DNA of 64,000 nt from Lingula anatina (taxonomy: Eukaryota > Animalia > Brachiopoda). The translations under genes and the position numbers were made by a program. Location: positions 1,178,001 to 1,242,000 of the forward strand of contig JBPQGU010000016.1 in the NCBI GenBank assembly GCA_051362555.1. The letters are read 5' to 3'. Below, in pieces: positions 35,671-47,460 of this stretch; the first letter of the stretch is position 1, and every line of letters begins with the position of its first letter. Under the pieces are notes generated by a model, which saw nothing but the letters and a program-made list of their open reading frames with translations, made no database searches and was not told the DNA's origin.

Positions 35671-35702
35671 GCGAAAGTGCACCCCCTCCCTCTTTTTGTC
35701 GA

Positions 35703-35990
35703 CGGCGACAGCGAACTTCCGGCAGGGGTTCTCTCACCGGCCTTCGTCTCAGCGGTGTACCCGGCAGCCCACGGCGACAGCGATTTTCCAGCAGGGGTTT
35801 TACTCACCAGCCTTCGTCTCAGCAGTGTACCCGGCAGCCAACGGCGACAGCGATTTTCCGGCAGGGGTTCTTTCACCAGCCCTCGTCTCAGCGGTGTACC
35901 CGGCAGCCCACGGCGACAGCGATCTCCCGGCAGGGGTTTTCTCACCGGCCTTCGTCTCAGCGGTGTACCTTGCTACCTTCGGCGACAGCT
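35703..35990. repeat. GC-rich 69-bp minisatellite, ~4.2 copies
   Basis: Units CGGCGACAGCGA...GTGTACCCGGCAGCCCA start at ~35703, 35772, 35842, 35911 and 35980. Confidence 0.92.
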
Positions 35991-36427
35991 AGCTGTCCCA
36001 CCAGCAGCAGTTTTTCAATTCGTATTGTTTTATTCTAATCGAATTTTGTATTTTTTCATTGTATTGAATTTATTTTTTATTTTATATTGTTCTTGTCTTC
36101 GATTTTTTTCTTGTCTTCGATCCGCCCACAACATTAGATTTGTCAAATAATGGTTATGGTTAAATCATTCAATGAATATCTAACTTTTTATCATTTTACT
36201 GACAGCACGCACGTGTGTGCTCAGTTTATTCACTACATTTACTGTGGACGTTATGTTTTAAGTTCATAAACGTTTATTTTAGCTTCAGTCTACATGAACG
36301 CCTACAATTTTTGCATAGTAGCGTTAAATGACTTTCGACATCGCAACAAGAAGCCTGGTGAGTCGGTGACATTGATAAGGTGTTTACCCCCCCCCCCCCT
36401 CCCACACACACACACACACACACTCAC

Positions 36428-36532
36428 CTATATAAATGGCCCAGTGAGATTACATCGGCCTGTGAAACTCCATCATGTCTCCGGCTCAAGTGAAGTTAAT
36501 ACTGTCTGGTTATGGCGTCGTACATCTGCTAT
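36428..36532 (-). pseudogene. PLAAT paralog 3: orphan exon 1 with retained promoter
   Basis: ATG>ATA and a 1-nt deletion in the PGD codons; intron-1 homology ends at ~36170 against the IAP cassette. Confidence 0.85.
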
Positions 36533-36695
36533 ATTTTACCTATCCTCGGTAATTGCAGTGAGTAGCTTCTGATCAAAAACTTTCTGTAGATAAGCTAGAG
36601 GCTACGGAGAACGGTCTCGCCTACTTCCTGTTACTAACGACGTATTTTGCTTTGGGAAGTTATATGCTCTTTGACATCATTATCATGAAAGCAGT

Positions 36696-37008
36696 GGAAA
36701 ATCCCACAGCTGCTGGAAAAAACACAATTTGATAAGCAGTTTCACCGTAGGTCAGCCATCTTGGAATTTCCCTGGACTATTTTTAGCTCTGACGTCATCG
36801 GTAATGTTTGTTAATTATTTGACTGGATCAAAGTTTTCCTTTGAATTCTTGAGCTACTATTCATTACTATTATCCAATTCACTTTTTGCGAGGAACTTAT
36901 TATGATTATCATAATATCGGTATGCTAAATAAACGATTCATGAAATGTTGGTTTCCAAGTTAAAACATATTTCAAAAAGAAAGGAAACGCCAGAAAATTT
37001 CGCTTTTC
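36696..37008 (-). promoter_or_regulatory. kB, CRE and IRF-like motifs upstream of PLAAT paralog 3
   Basis: Minus strand: GGGATTTTCC (36696-36705), GGGAAATTCC (36763-36772), TGACGTCA (~36790), GAAAAGCGAAA (36998-37008). Confidence 0.5.
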
Positions 37009-38238
37009 TATTTCACCGACTTATTATTAATCCTATAGACTGTGCATTGTGCTGTTTCCTTCAATATTCCTTTAAAGGGGGAGACATAACGGAATAGATG
37101 CCAGCACGAAAAGTTACGCGAAGTTAATTTGACAGTTCCGATAAGTGAATAGCAACCTTCATTAGCGTTTTATATAGGGCCTACTAAAGCCCAGTCTAAC
37201 CAACGTTGGGAATGCCTGACACTGGTTGACGTATGTATGCTTAGTCCCAGATGAGCTGGGAAAGGCAGAATAATTTCATTTTTTTTTCTTTTTGTTTAAA
37301 CACTTTATGCAAAGACCTCAATATACAGTATGTCCAGTAGCCATACTCGGACTTTACAATATATACTTGCTATAACTGCATCATCTGACCTAACAATATA
37401 TTGTGTTATTATAATATTAAGCATATAAATTATAATCACTTCTTAAAAAAAGTTTTTTTACTAGTATAGATAGCGTGGCTGCATAAAAAACACAGGTATG
37501 TCGATGACTAAATTCATAAATAACTACAAAGAAAATGAGTAACATAGACGAAAATTAATAACATGAGTAGGCTACACTGAAATCGTAAACATACAGATGA
37601 AACTTTTATTATTTTTCATGTATCTTATTTTTTGTTTTTAAATGAATGAAGTAATCTTTACCGATTAAGGTCGGACGTTTAAGCCATATCAGCTACAACA
37701 AAATGAATGCTTGCACGAAAATTGCACTGAAGTCAACATGTCCGTTCTTATCAATTATTATTATTATTATTATGATTATTATTATTATGCCTGTCATTTT
37801 CTTCACAGACCTAGGATCTGATCAGATATAATTAACAAAAGAACTGGTGTAATAAACTAGTAGCTTACTGACGTAATTGACTCATTACTTACTGACGTAA
37901 CGAACCATGTATTCACTGACGTAATGAAACAAATTAATTCCTCACTGTTAAAAGCCTATCTAAACAAGCAATGCATATTTTACGAATATAAAACACTTCT
38001 TTTAAGAAAAAGCACCGAACTGTGGAGTGTAGGTCCTATGGACTATTGAACTGTACATCGTCCACTATTTCCTGATGTACGTCTGCACATTTCTATCCGC
38101 AGGAACAGATTTCGTTAGCTGTTATCAATATTGTTTTTATACTAACAATAGTACTTGCAGTATAGTATATCACAGTTTAGATAGTATATCACAATTTAGA
38201 TAGCATTATGTAATGCGTTCTCTTCCTAAGAGTTAAAT

Positions 38239-38415
38239 CAGGCCCGTAGCCAGGGGGGGGGGGGGGGTTCGGGGGGTTCGAAAGAACCGCCCCTTTTGCT
38301 GGGAAAAGGTCCACTCTGGGTAAAATTTAACCTAGGTACATAACGATTTTATGGAAAAAAGGTCCACTTTTTCAGAAAAAGAACCCCCCTTTTGAAATTG
38401 CTGGCTACGGGCCTG
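38239..38415. mobile_element. hAT-like MITE
   Basis: TIRs CAGGCCCGTAGCCAG / CTGGCTACGGGCCTG; absent at the paralogous site ~48478. Confidence 0.75.
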
Positions 38416-38774
38416 TAAATATATATATACAAACAATTTTGTGATCGCTGCTGATATTACACAATTTATTCACTTTATTCTTCTGTCATTATATACGGGC
38501 AAACAACTTAAATTAACGCATATTGACGTATAATGCTGGTTCATTGATCTGTTCGTTATTTCTTGAATATGTTATTTAAAAACTCAACGCTTGCAGAAAT
38601 AATGATATCAAGTCCGAGTATTTTTACCAAAAATAACTTTCTTACTGCCACAAAATCGCACTGCCCGGTATTGCATTATAGTCAAAAGCAGTTGCCCTTT
38701 CACCCCCTTCAATGTTGGGCTTGACAACATTTTAGTCAACATCAGACCCATACATCAGTGTTTACGACCTTTAA

Positions 38775-40934
38775 CCCTCAATCACCTTTCAGGGGCCTCG
38801 CAGGCCCGGACCCATGTATCTTTTGCTCTCTCTTCGTTCGCATGAGGTTTTGAGCCTGTTCCTTTCATGTAATCCTCAAGCAACTTATACCCCATCAATG
38901 GATAAACAATTAGTTTTGAAATAATTTACAACATATGTAGAAATTAACTTTTCCAAAAGTTAGTCCCATTTCCTGGAAACCGGGCCTCTGAGGCCCGGTC
39001 CCTTGATAATTTTACTTCCACATGGGATAAATAAGTCTATGTTACCTCAAATAGCTTTACTATAAAATGTTTTACACAAGCAATATCATGTGTGCTATGA
39101 CTATCAGTATGGTCAATGAAATCTGCCTGTGAAAGATTCAAGACCTGGAGAAATTATTATTTATGAGTAATCGGTCACCTTGGTCACCTGATATGCAGAT
39201 ATCAGTTTAAATCTATCATTATTACATACCTGATAGACTGCGCTACCTTTGCGAAACTTTCCATTTTGAGGAAAAAAAAAACACTTTTCTGCATTTTCCA
39301 TACACAGTGTATACTCATGCACCCAGGTGGAGGTAAAGGGAGCAAGGGACTGGTGTAACATGAAAATCTGACTCCCCCAGTCAGATTTTCATAATGAAAA
39401 TCTGACTCCTCATGAAAATTTGACTCCCCCACCACAAATGTTCATAAATCTTATTTTATTTGAGTATATGACTGTGATATTGTAGTATGTAAAATGGAGG
39501 ATACTTTGGCACTTTTTTTAAGTTTGCAGGTGAATTTTTTCATGAAAAAAATATGAAAATTTAAAATGTGCACTTAACCGCCCATTGTCTCCCCTTTGAA
39601 AAAGCTATTTATTTGATATTGGATGATCATTTCTACATCTTTCCTTTAAATTTACTTTATGAAGATTATATTGGAAATATTTGAAAGTTTGATGGTAAAC
39701 TATTGGGTGAAAAAACTAAAAACAAACATGAAAAATGGAAAATTAAAAATGTGCATTTTATCACCCAATAACTCCCCTATGAAAAAGCTATTTATTTGAT
39801 ATTTGATGATCATTCTGACATCTTTTCTATTAGGATACTTTATGAAAAATATATTGGAAATATTTAAAAGTTTGATGATAAAATAGTGAGTGAAAGAATG
39901 AAAAATAAATCATGAAAATCTTCATTTTTATACCCATGAGATTTGGATTCCCATAAAGAAAAGGACCTATTTTATATTCAGTCACCATACCATTGTTTTC
40001 TACATAGTTTGCACAGAGATGTACATTTTGTTATTATTTGAAAGTTTGGTGGTGAAAACTTTGGTGAATATTTTTAAAACAAGTATTCATCTTAATACCT
40101 GTAGGTTTTGCACTTCCATGTCAAAATGCTACATTTTTAACTCAAGAAATTGGCCCCATCGCCTTTTTACTGAATTCTTCTTATATAGCATACCCAGTAT
40201 TTTACCATTCAATCTTTCAAATATTTCCAATATATTCTTCATTAAGTATCCTTAAAGAAAAGATGTCAGAATGATCATCAAATATCAAATAGATAGCCTT
40301 TTCATAGGGGAGTCATTGGGTGTTAGAATACAAATCTTTAATTTTTCTTATTTTTCATGTGTTTTTTTTATTATTTTTTTCACCCAATTTTTTAACCATC
40401 AAACTTTCAAGTACTTTCAATATATTCCTCATAAAGTATCCTCAAAGAAAAGATGTCAGAATGATCATCAAATATCAAATAAATAGCTTTTTCATAGGGG
40501 GGTCATTGGGTGTTCTAATATAAATCTTTAATTTTTCTTATTTTTTAATGTGTTATTATTTTTTTTTCACCCAATTTTTTAACCATTTAACTTTCAAGTA
40601 CTTTCAATATATTCCTCATAAAGTATCCTCAAAGAAAAGATGTTGAAATGGTCATCAAATGTCAAATAAATAGCTTTTTATAGGGGAGTCCTTGGGTGGT
40701 AAAATACAAATCTTTAATTTTTTTTTTTATTTTTTCATGAAAATTTTCACCTGCAAACTAACAAAAAGTGCCAATGTGTCCTCCATTATGCATACTACAA
40801 GATCATAGTCATTTACTCAAATTAAATTAGATTTTTGAATGTTTTTTGATGGGAGTCAGATTTTCATGGTACACCGGGCCTCTGAGGCCCGGTTTCAGGG
40901 TTTACGTAGGGTTCCATTTCCTTGTGGATGAGGG
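38775..40934. mobile_element. Non-autonomous piggyBac-type element
   Basis: TTAA|CCCTCA...TGAGGG|TTAA; empty site CCTTTAAATGATAT at ~4468. Confidence 0.85.
39354..40873. mobile_element. Ginger-like foldback element nested in the piggyBac derivative
   Basis: TGTA(A/C)CATGAAAATCTGACTCCC TIRs, flanks CTGG/CCGG, long internal inverted arrays of AT-rich repeats; similar ends also at ~14619 and ~16812. Confidence 0.65.
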
Positions 40935-41352
40935 TTAAATGATATATTATTGATATTTTTATAAATATGCTATTTGATATGTTAATGATACTGTTATGTT
41001 TTTATCAGTTTAAATTTAAAGTGTGCTCTAAATGTGCGTCTCATTGTCACCTTTGCTTAAAGCAATAATAACTCTTCCTTTGAGATTCAAAATTCCGCAA
41101 GAAATACATTCTAAACAACACACGGAAATCTATTATACTGCATTTCACCACTAAAACGGCTGTTATTGTGGTAAAACTAAAAACTGTGCTTGTTAATAGG
41201 GCTTTCGGTGCCTTTCTTCCCGGTCGTCAGGGCATTCGTTGCCAAGGATTTTGGCGTATCACGCGGATTCTCGTCACCACAGTCCCTAAAAACCAGTCAA
41301 ATACGTGAACAGTATATCTGAAGCAATGTCCTATCTTTTCTAAAACACAGGA

Positions 41353-41646
41353 CTACCCAACTACCAGACTCGGCACCGAATGATCCCGAATTCACCGGTA
41401 GATCGGAACACACTACCCGTTTTCAAGGTGTGTGTCAGTACGCATTTCACAGTATCATACCCGGTACACATTTTGAGATGAGATAGAGTACTTTCCAACC
41501 CCGCTGAGAATCATCACTTTCACATCGCGTACTAGGCGCGACTGATACTCCGAAGCGCGTACCGAGACACCTTGAAAACAGGTACATGTAGTGTGGTCCG
41601 ACTTACCGGTGAATTCATTATCGTTCGGTGGCGAGTAGTTGGGTAG
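41353..41646. mobile_element. Palindromic MITE in the 3' UTR region of PLAAT paralog 4
   Basis: CTACCCAACTAC...GTAGTTGGGTAG with extended imperfect internal inverted repeats; absent at ~4795. Confidence 0.7.
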
Positions 41647-41700
41647 GCCTGAAACAGATGTCATCTGCCACAAGTATCAAAATATATTTGCTGTCTGGTA

Positions 41701-43663
41701 TCATGTCTTGTTCTCCTTCTTGTTTTTATGTTTATCATATATGTGCCCTGCTGCACCAACGGCCACTGCAACGCCAGTACAAACAGCAGCCGCTAGCCAA
41801 AAATAATCTGCCTGAAAAATAAGATAAATCAATAAAACAAAATAATTGATTAAACAAGTGAATGGATTAAATGAAAAGAATTAAGATGTTGAACATTTAC
41901 ACACTGTTCTAGATGTGACAGAAAAAATAAAGATAATAACTCATAAGCTGATCATAAAATGAAGCTCATTAAAAAAAAAAGGAAAGAAAAACAGAAAAAA
42001 TGTTAAACATACCTGTTCACTGAACTCCACTCCATATCTACACCAGGATACAAAATGTTCACAGTTTTTCAAGAGGACATTGTAGCCGATTTTTCCCACC
42101 TGTGACCAAGCCCTCTCCACGATCTCATCACACCGAAAAGGTCTGAAACACGAGAATTCGGGTATGATATGATTGTCCTCGTTATCTACTCACTTTAAAA
42201 CTTTAATATTATATATCTGAAACATTTTAGTTAGCATTGAAGAAAGAATGAAATATTTTTTTTCTTAAAAAAGTACTGTGGCTTATGAACAGTAAGCAAT
42301 TGACTGAAAAGAAAAACAATAACCCCGTGAATAATCCTATTATTATATCACCATTTTATATAACCAGTAGTCAGCTAGTGTATTGGCATGGGTGTGTTTA
42401 TGGTACTGTTATAGTGAAGAATAACTACGACGATCTGGAGCTTTCGAGCGTTTATTCACCGACTCCCTCTTCATACAATTTCACAAATATTTATACTTAA
42501 TTTCTCCGTACTGATGATGCACTGACTTGTTTTCTTTCCATTGTTTTTGCGTGATTACAAGGAATTTTCCATTCTCATGTTGTAAACCACCAATCAACAT
42601 TTCCTTATTAGGTAATATCTAAGAGACTTGTTTTCAATTAAAGATATCTAAAATATTATTTGAATTACTCATGCTTAGACCTTATCCAAAACTCAGTCAT
42701 CATGTGATAAACAGTTGATCAAAATTAAGATATGATATGAAATTAACCAATCACATAAACTGTTACTGATTTGACCTTTTCCATCTTTTTCTGATACTAA
42801 AAGCCTGTTCTACACTTGTTGAATATTGATGAAACTTAACTTACACTCAATAACACCCTATCCTTTTACTCTTTTAATTCCGTTATAATTGTTATCTGTA
42901 ATTAGTGGAAATGTAAGTCATTCGCTTTACAACATACACCCCTTCTTCAAAATCCTCGAATTCTAAAACTCTACAACACTACTATCTTACCACCAACTCT
43001 GCAAAATAATAATATTTAATCAACATAATAACATCTACTAGTATTTTATCAACCATAACTGGTATTGGTGTTATGCTAATTATAAACATTTACCTGAGTT
43101 TGTGGTCTTTGTCATTGTTTTTTAACGCCTTACTCTCCCCCGCCACATCCCAGAAGGGAGAGACTTTCACAAAAGCCTTCGTTGATTGTACACCACTGGG
43201 GCTGCAGCACTTCCCTGGATCCCCAGAAATGTGGATTACGCGCTCATCACCTGAATGTAAATGTAAATTTTGTCATTAATTTAATTTAAAACCTCTACTT
43301 CAAACCGCTCTTTTTTGTTGTGTTGTTAAAGATCTAAATCAATCTTTTTACTGACAGTAGGCCTACGTGTGTGTGCTCAGTTGATTCACTTCATTTACTG
43401 TGGACGTTATGTTTTAAGTTCATAAACGTTTATTCTAGCTTAAGTCTACATGTACGCCTACAATATTTGCACATTAAATTAGCGTTAAATGACTTTCGAG
43501 TATCGCAACAAGAAATCTGGTGACTTTTATAAGGTATAAACCCCCCTCTCCACTCACCTATATATACAGCCCAGTGGAAGTACCCCGGCCTGCAATACTT
43601 TACCCTGTCTCCCGGCTTAAGGGAAGCTAACACTGTCTGGTTATGGCGTCGCACAACTTCCAT
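41701..43663 (-). CDS. LRAT/PLAAT phospholipase A/acyltransferase, paralog 4, intact, 167 aa
   Basis: Exons 43558-43663, 43094-43250, 42013-42142, 41701-41811; HWAVYIG, VIH, YNVLLKNCEHFVSWCRYG, hydrophobic C-terminus; exon 2 is 30 nt shorter (in frame) than in paralog 1. Confidence 0.92.
42407..42870. repeat. Dispersed repeat shared with 49761-50050
   Basis: TGTTATAGTGAAGAATAAC...TTACACTCAAT is colinear in both places; absent from intron 2 of paralog 1. Confidence 0.65.
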
Positions 43664-43972
43664 ATTTCACCTGTCCTCCGTAATTGTAGCAACAGCTTCT
43701 GATCCAAATTTTTTTGTCGATCAGCTAGAGGCTACGGAGAACGGTCTCGCTTACTCCCCGTTACTAACGATGTCCTTGGATTCGGGAAATTATATATAGG
43801 CCTATACCCTATAGGCCTATGAGGTTGCAGACGACTGCAACGTGATCATTTGCATGTGACGCATTTGCTTCAAATCCTCTAATCTCTGATAAGCCACAAG
43901 GACGGTCTAATAAAAGCAAATGAATAAACAGACATGTGACATGTGAATAGAAAGTAGGTATATAGCAGGGGC

Positions 43973-46873
43973 ATATTATTATTATTATTTATTGCGGTTC
44001 AAGTACATTTTTTACAAAGACTATGACCTAACAGTATATATAATATAATCATATAACTAAAATTACAATAGTAAATTACAATATTGTTTATACAATAACT
44101 GTGATTAGATTTTACAATTGCAGTATGCGCTCGTTACTTTGGTTGACTAGGTGGTGGTTGGTTGAGAATATTTTTTCTTTCCTTATTACACATTGTGATA
44201 TAGTGGGCCACATTCTTTATAACATGTAAATCGTTTGACTGCATTATGCATTTGAACTGACCCTCTGGGGTTTGTGTAGGATCTGGTTTTAGGATCTCCC
44301 TGTGTTTGGTGAGTAAGGGGCATTTTAAAAGAAAGTGTATTTCGTTTTCCACTTCATCTGAGCATAACTTGCAGATCCTTTCTTCAGGGGGTATTGATTT
44401 TGGTTTTCGGTATCTGCCTCTTTGGATTTCTAAGTCATGTGCCCCTGTTCTAAATTTTGCCAAATTTTGCATTTCATGTTTTGGTATAGGTGCTGTTGTG
44501 TACGCTTCCCTTTCATAATTTGTTTTAAATAATCGATATGTACGTAGCATGCTGTTTTCTCGCTCTATTTCTTTGAGAAGCAAAAGGGTATAATGACTTT
44601 CCAGTGCTTTTTTTAGGGGGGTATTAGTCTGTGTTTTCATTAGATTTTGAGTAATATATTTGATTTCGCTTGACCAATTTTTTACCTGTGTATCATGTTT
44701 TGTTTCATATTCATACATTGTTTTTGCCAAGCGCTGCTTTGGCATTTCAGAAAATCTTTGCCAGTAGGATGTAGCATGACCCATTATGTCATGTGTAATT
44801 GGGAATCTACCTAGTTCTGCTTTAGCTGCTATATTACTGGCATTGCGCCTCACACCTAAAATGTATTTGCAATAGTTATTTTGTACTACTTCGAATGGCA
44901 AAGTATTCATGTATTTAAGAGATTTTATGCTTTTAGATGCGATTGATGGTCCCCAGATTTCGCATCCGTACATCAGTATGGGTTTTATAAGGATATCGAA
45001 GAGTTTTAAATATGTCTGGGTCATATTGTGGGTGGTGGACTGTAAAGCCTGCTTAACTGCAAAAACCGCCTTCATGGCTTTACCTTTCAGATCATCAAGT
45101 GCGCTTTTGAATGATCCATTCGATTTGAATTTTATCCCTAAATAATTATATTCATGTGTTATTTCTATTGTTTGATGGTCTATTGTGAAATTCATGTTTG
45201 GTTTTTTGCCTGACTTACTAAATATCATTACTTTCGTTTTGTTGATATTGACTGTGAGCTTCCATTTTTTGCAGTAGTCCCCCAGATTGTCAAGACTTTT
45301 TTGTAGGCCCTTTGCAGATTTAGATAGAATAACGAGGTCATCAGCATATAAAAGGTGACTGATTGTAGTGTTGGCATTAACTTTTACGGGATCACATGTG
45401 CTATTGAATATATTTTTCATATCATCTATGTAAATATTAAAAAGCATTGGACTCAAGCTGTCACCTTGCCTTATTCCTATATCTGTCTTAAAGTAGTTAG
45501 TGCGTCTTTGGCCAATTTTGATACACAGCTCTGTAATTTGATACATGTGTTTTATTGTTCTATAAAAGTTTCCTCCTATTTTTTGTTTTAATACTTTGAG
45601 GAATAGACCTTCAATCCACACGCTATCAAAAGCTTTTTTAAGATCTATAAAACATGCGTATAACTTATTATTCTTATTGATAAATTGGTTGATAAGGCTG
45701 TTTAGAATGAACATATTGTCTGAGGTTCTATATGTAGGGCGGAACCCTGCTTGTTCTTCAGAAAGAGATTCACATTCTTCGATGTAGGAGAGAAGCCTGG
45801 TATTTAGAATTGAAGTGAAAAGTTTTCCTAAACAGCTGCTTATACAAATTCCTCGGTAGTTTTGTGGGTTCGAGGGATCTCCAGACTTCAGCAGTGGCTT
45901 TATCATACCTTTATTCCAAAGAGAGGGGAATTTACCACTACCTAGGATTAGATTGAATAGTTTAGCCAGTGATTTAGCTATGAATGCGGCAGACGTTTTT
46001 AGCATTTCATTAGAGATTGTATCTTCTCCGCATGATTTTCTGATTTTCAGAGCTCTGATAGCTGATTTAATTTCCTTGATGGTTATGGGGTAGTCCAACT
46101 TTTTGAATTGTTCATGGTCTAAGTGTTTTTCTAGGTTGGCTAGACTTCCGTGTAAGTTCTGATCATTTTGAGAGTTCTGACTCTCACCTAATTTTTTAAA
46201 GTAGTTGTACCAAGTATTGGACTCAATGTATTCCTATGAGTCACTTTTCATTTGCCCCTTCAGTTGCCCTATGATTTCCCAAAATTCTTTAGGGTTTTTA
46301 TTTTCCATGTGTAATAGGTTGTTCAAAATATTGTTTTTCATTTGCTTCTTTTTATATTTTACTAGTTTTTTGTATTCTTTTGTTGCTCGATGATAACTAG
46401 TTTTCAGTGCCATATTAAATGGGTCTCTTCTCAGCTTTTTTCCTAGTCCTATACTTTCTTTTCTTAGTATGTTACAGTCCTGGTCGAACCACGGTTGTTT
46501 CATTTTGTGTTTGGATTTTTTGTTAACATGTGAACGCCTTCTTTTGAGTGCCCGGTTTGCTGCTGATTCCATTATGTTTGTGAACTCATTCACTGCATCA
46601 TTTACTCCTGATTCGTTATTAGCAAAGGAGGTGCATTCGTAATCTATAATTTTTTGTATTATTCCTGCACTTATGAAAACCTTTTCAAAGGCTACTTTGG
46701 AGTCTTTATCCCATATAAATTTGCTTTTAATATTTGTAGTTTCATGTTGTTGTGTTTTTTTACCTTGTGTTGTTTTCATTTCAAGAATGCATTCCAGTAA
46801 ACAATGGTCTGAGATATAGTCAATGGGGTTTACACAGAAATTTTTGATTGATTTGAATAGGTCTGAACCAACC
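43973..46873 (-). mobile_element. 5'-truncated non-LTR retrotransposon (RTEX/CR1-like)
   Basis: ORF2 pieces 46234-46779 and 44134-46098 separated by a frameshift; AATAAA(AAT)n tail at ~43975; TATTATT at both ends. Confidence 0.88.
44134..46098 (-). CDS. Reverse transcriptase with C-terminal CCHC zinc knuckle (LINE ORF2)
   Basis: NYRGICI, EEQAGFR, FIDLKKAFDSV, GIRQGDSLSP, LLYADDLV, ERICKLC..ENEIHFLLKC. Confidence 0.93.
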   Translation of the reverse strand: MDYPITIKEIKSAIRALKIRKSCGEDTISNEMLKTSAAFIAKSLAKLFNLILGSGKFPSLWNKGMIKPLLKSGDPSNPQNYRGICISSCLGKLFTSILNTRLLSYIEECESLSEEQAGFRPTYRTSDNMFILNSLINQFINKNNKLYACFIDLKKAFDSVWIEGLFLKVLKQKIGGNFYRTIKHMYQITELCIKIGQRRTNYFKTDIGIRQGDSLSPMLFNIYIDDMKNIFNSTCDPVKVNANTTISHLLYADDLVILSKSAKGLQKSLDNLGDYCKKWKLTVNINKTKVMIFSKSGKKPNMNFTIDHQTIEITHEYNYLGIKFKSNGSFKSALDDLKGKAMKAVFAVKQALQSTTHNMTQTYLKLFDILIKPILMYGCEIWGPSIASKSIKSLKYMNTLPFEVVQNNYCKYILGVRRNASNIAAKAELGRFPITHDIMGHATSYWQRFSEMPKQRLAKTMYEYETKHDTQVKNWSSEIKYITQNLMKTQTNTPLKKALESHYTLLLLKEIERENSMLRTYRLFKTNYEREAYTTAPIPKHEMQNLAKFRTGAHDLEIQRGRYRKPKSIPPEERICKLCSDEVENEIHFLLKCPLLTKHREILKPDPTQTPEGQFKCIMQSNDLHVIKNVAHYITMCNKERKNILNQPPPSQPK

Positions 46874-47395
46874 TATTATTCACCTATATTTAAAGGGGAG
46901 GTCCTGTTTTCTGGCAGGCACCAGGTGCGAAGCCGACCCTTGCACCCATGGTGTGGGGTTCGGTGTTTTGGAGGGCAAACGGTGCCATTTGGTGCAGTTT
47001 AGAAGTATGATCCAGCCCTTCAAACTACTAATATCGAGAGGGGAATTACTGCATGCGTCAAGGTATCAGAATCTCCTCCGAGCACAGCCGAGAATTAATT
47101 ACAGCTTTGTATAAGTAACTGGCTCGCGCTGCCAGTAATTACGCCACGGGATATTCAGGGCACAGACCGTGATCATAAGATACCGCGAATAGAAAATAGA
47201 TTTTTAGAAAATAGACATTGCATGTGAACGAAGCCTTAAACTCCTCCAGGTCCCCCGGCTCTTTGGAGACCAACGCGTCCTTGTTGTGAAGACCCACATT
47301 TAGCCTAATAATTATAGCTCTCCTTTGTAATTTTTAATTGGTCAGCTGGGAACTAAAGAGAACAGTCTATTTTACTTGCGACTGTAGCCGTCTCA

Positions 47396-47460
47396 TTTCA
47401 CTTTCACTTTGGCAATTTATATACCCGTGTAGTTAATATCACGAAAAAAAGGGAATCCCC
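47396..47460 (-). promoter_or_regulatory. IRF-E-like tandem AAGTGA site plus kB site (displaced upstream region of PLAAT paralog 4)
   Basis: AAAGTGAAAGTGAAA (minus) at 47396-47410; GGGAATCCCC at 47451-47460 followed by ACAGCTGC as in the other PLAAT promoters. Confidence 0.5.

Noticed and set aside
35703-35990. CRISPR-like appearance of regular repeats (also 25736-25920 and 18290-18440)
   Set aside because: No unique spacers, no cas genes and a eukaryotic context; these are a minisatellite and transposon subterminal repeats
42430-42480. Minus-strand ATGAAGAG...CTCGAAAGCTC hammerhead-like string in the dispersed repeat
   Set aside because: Lacks the invariant C of CUGANGA and is further decayed in the 49.8-kb copy
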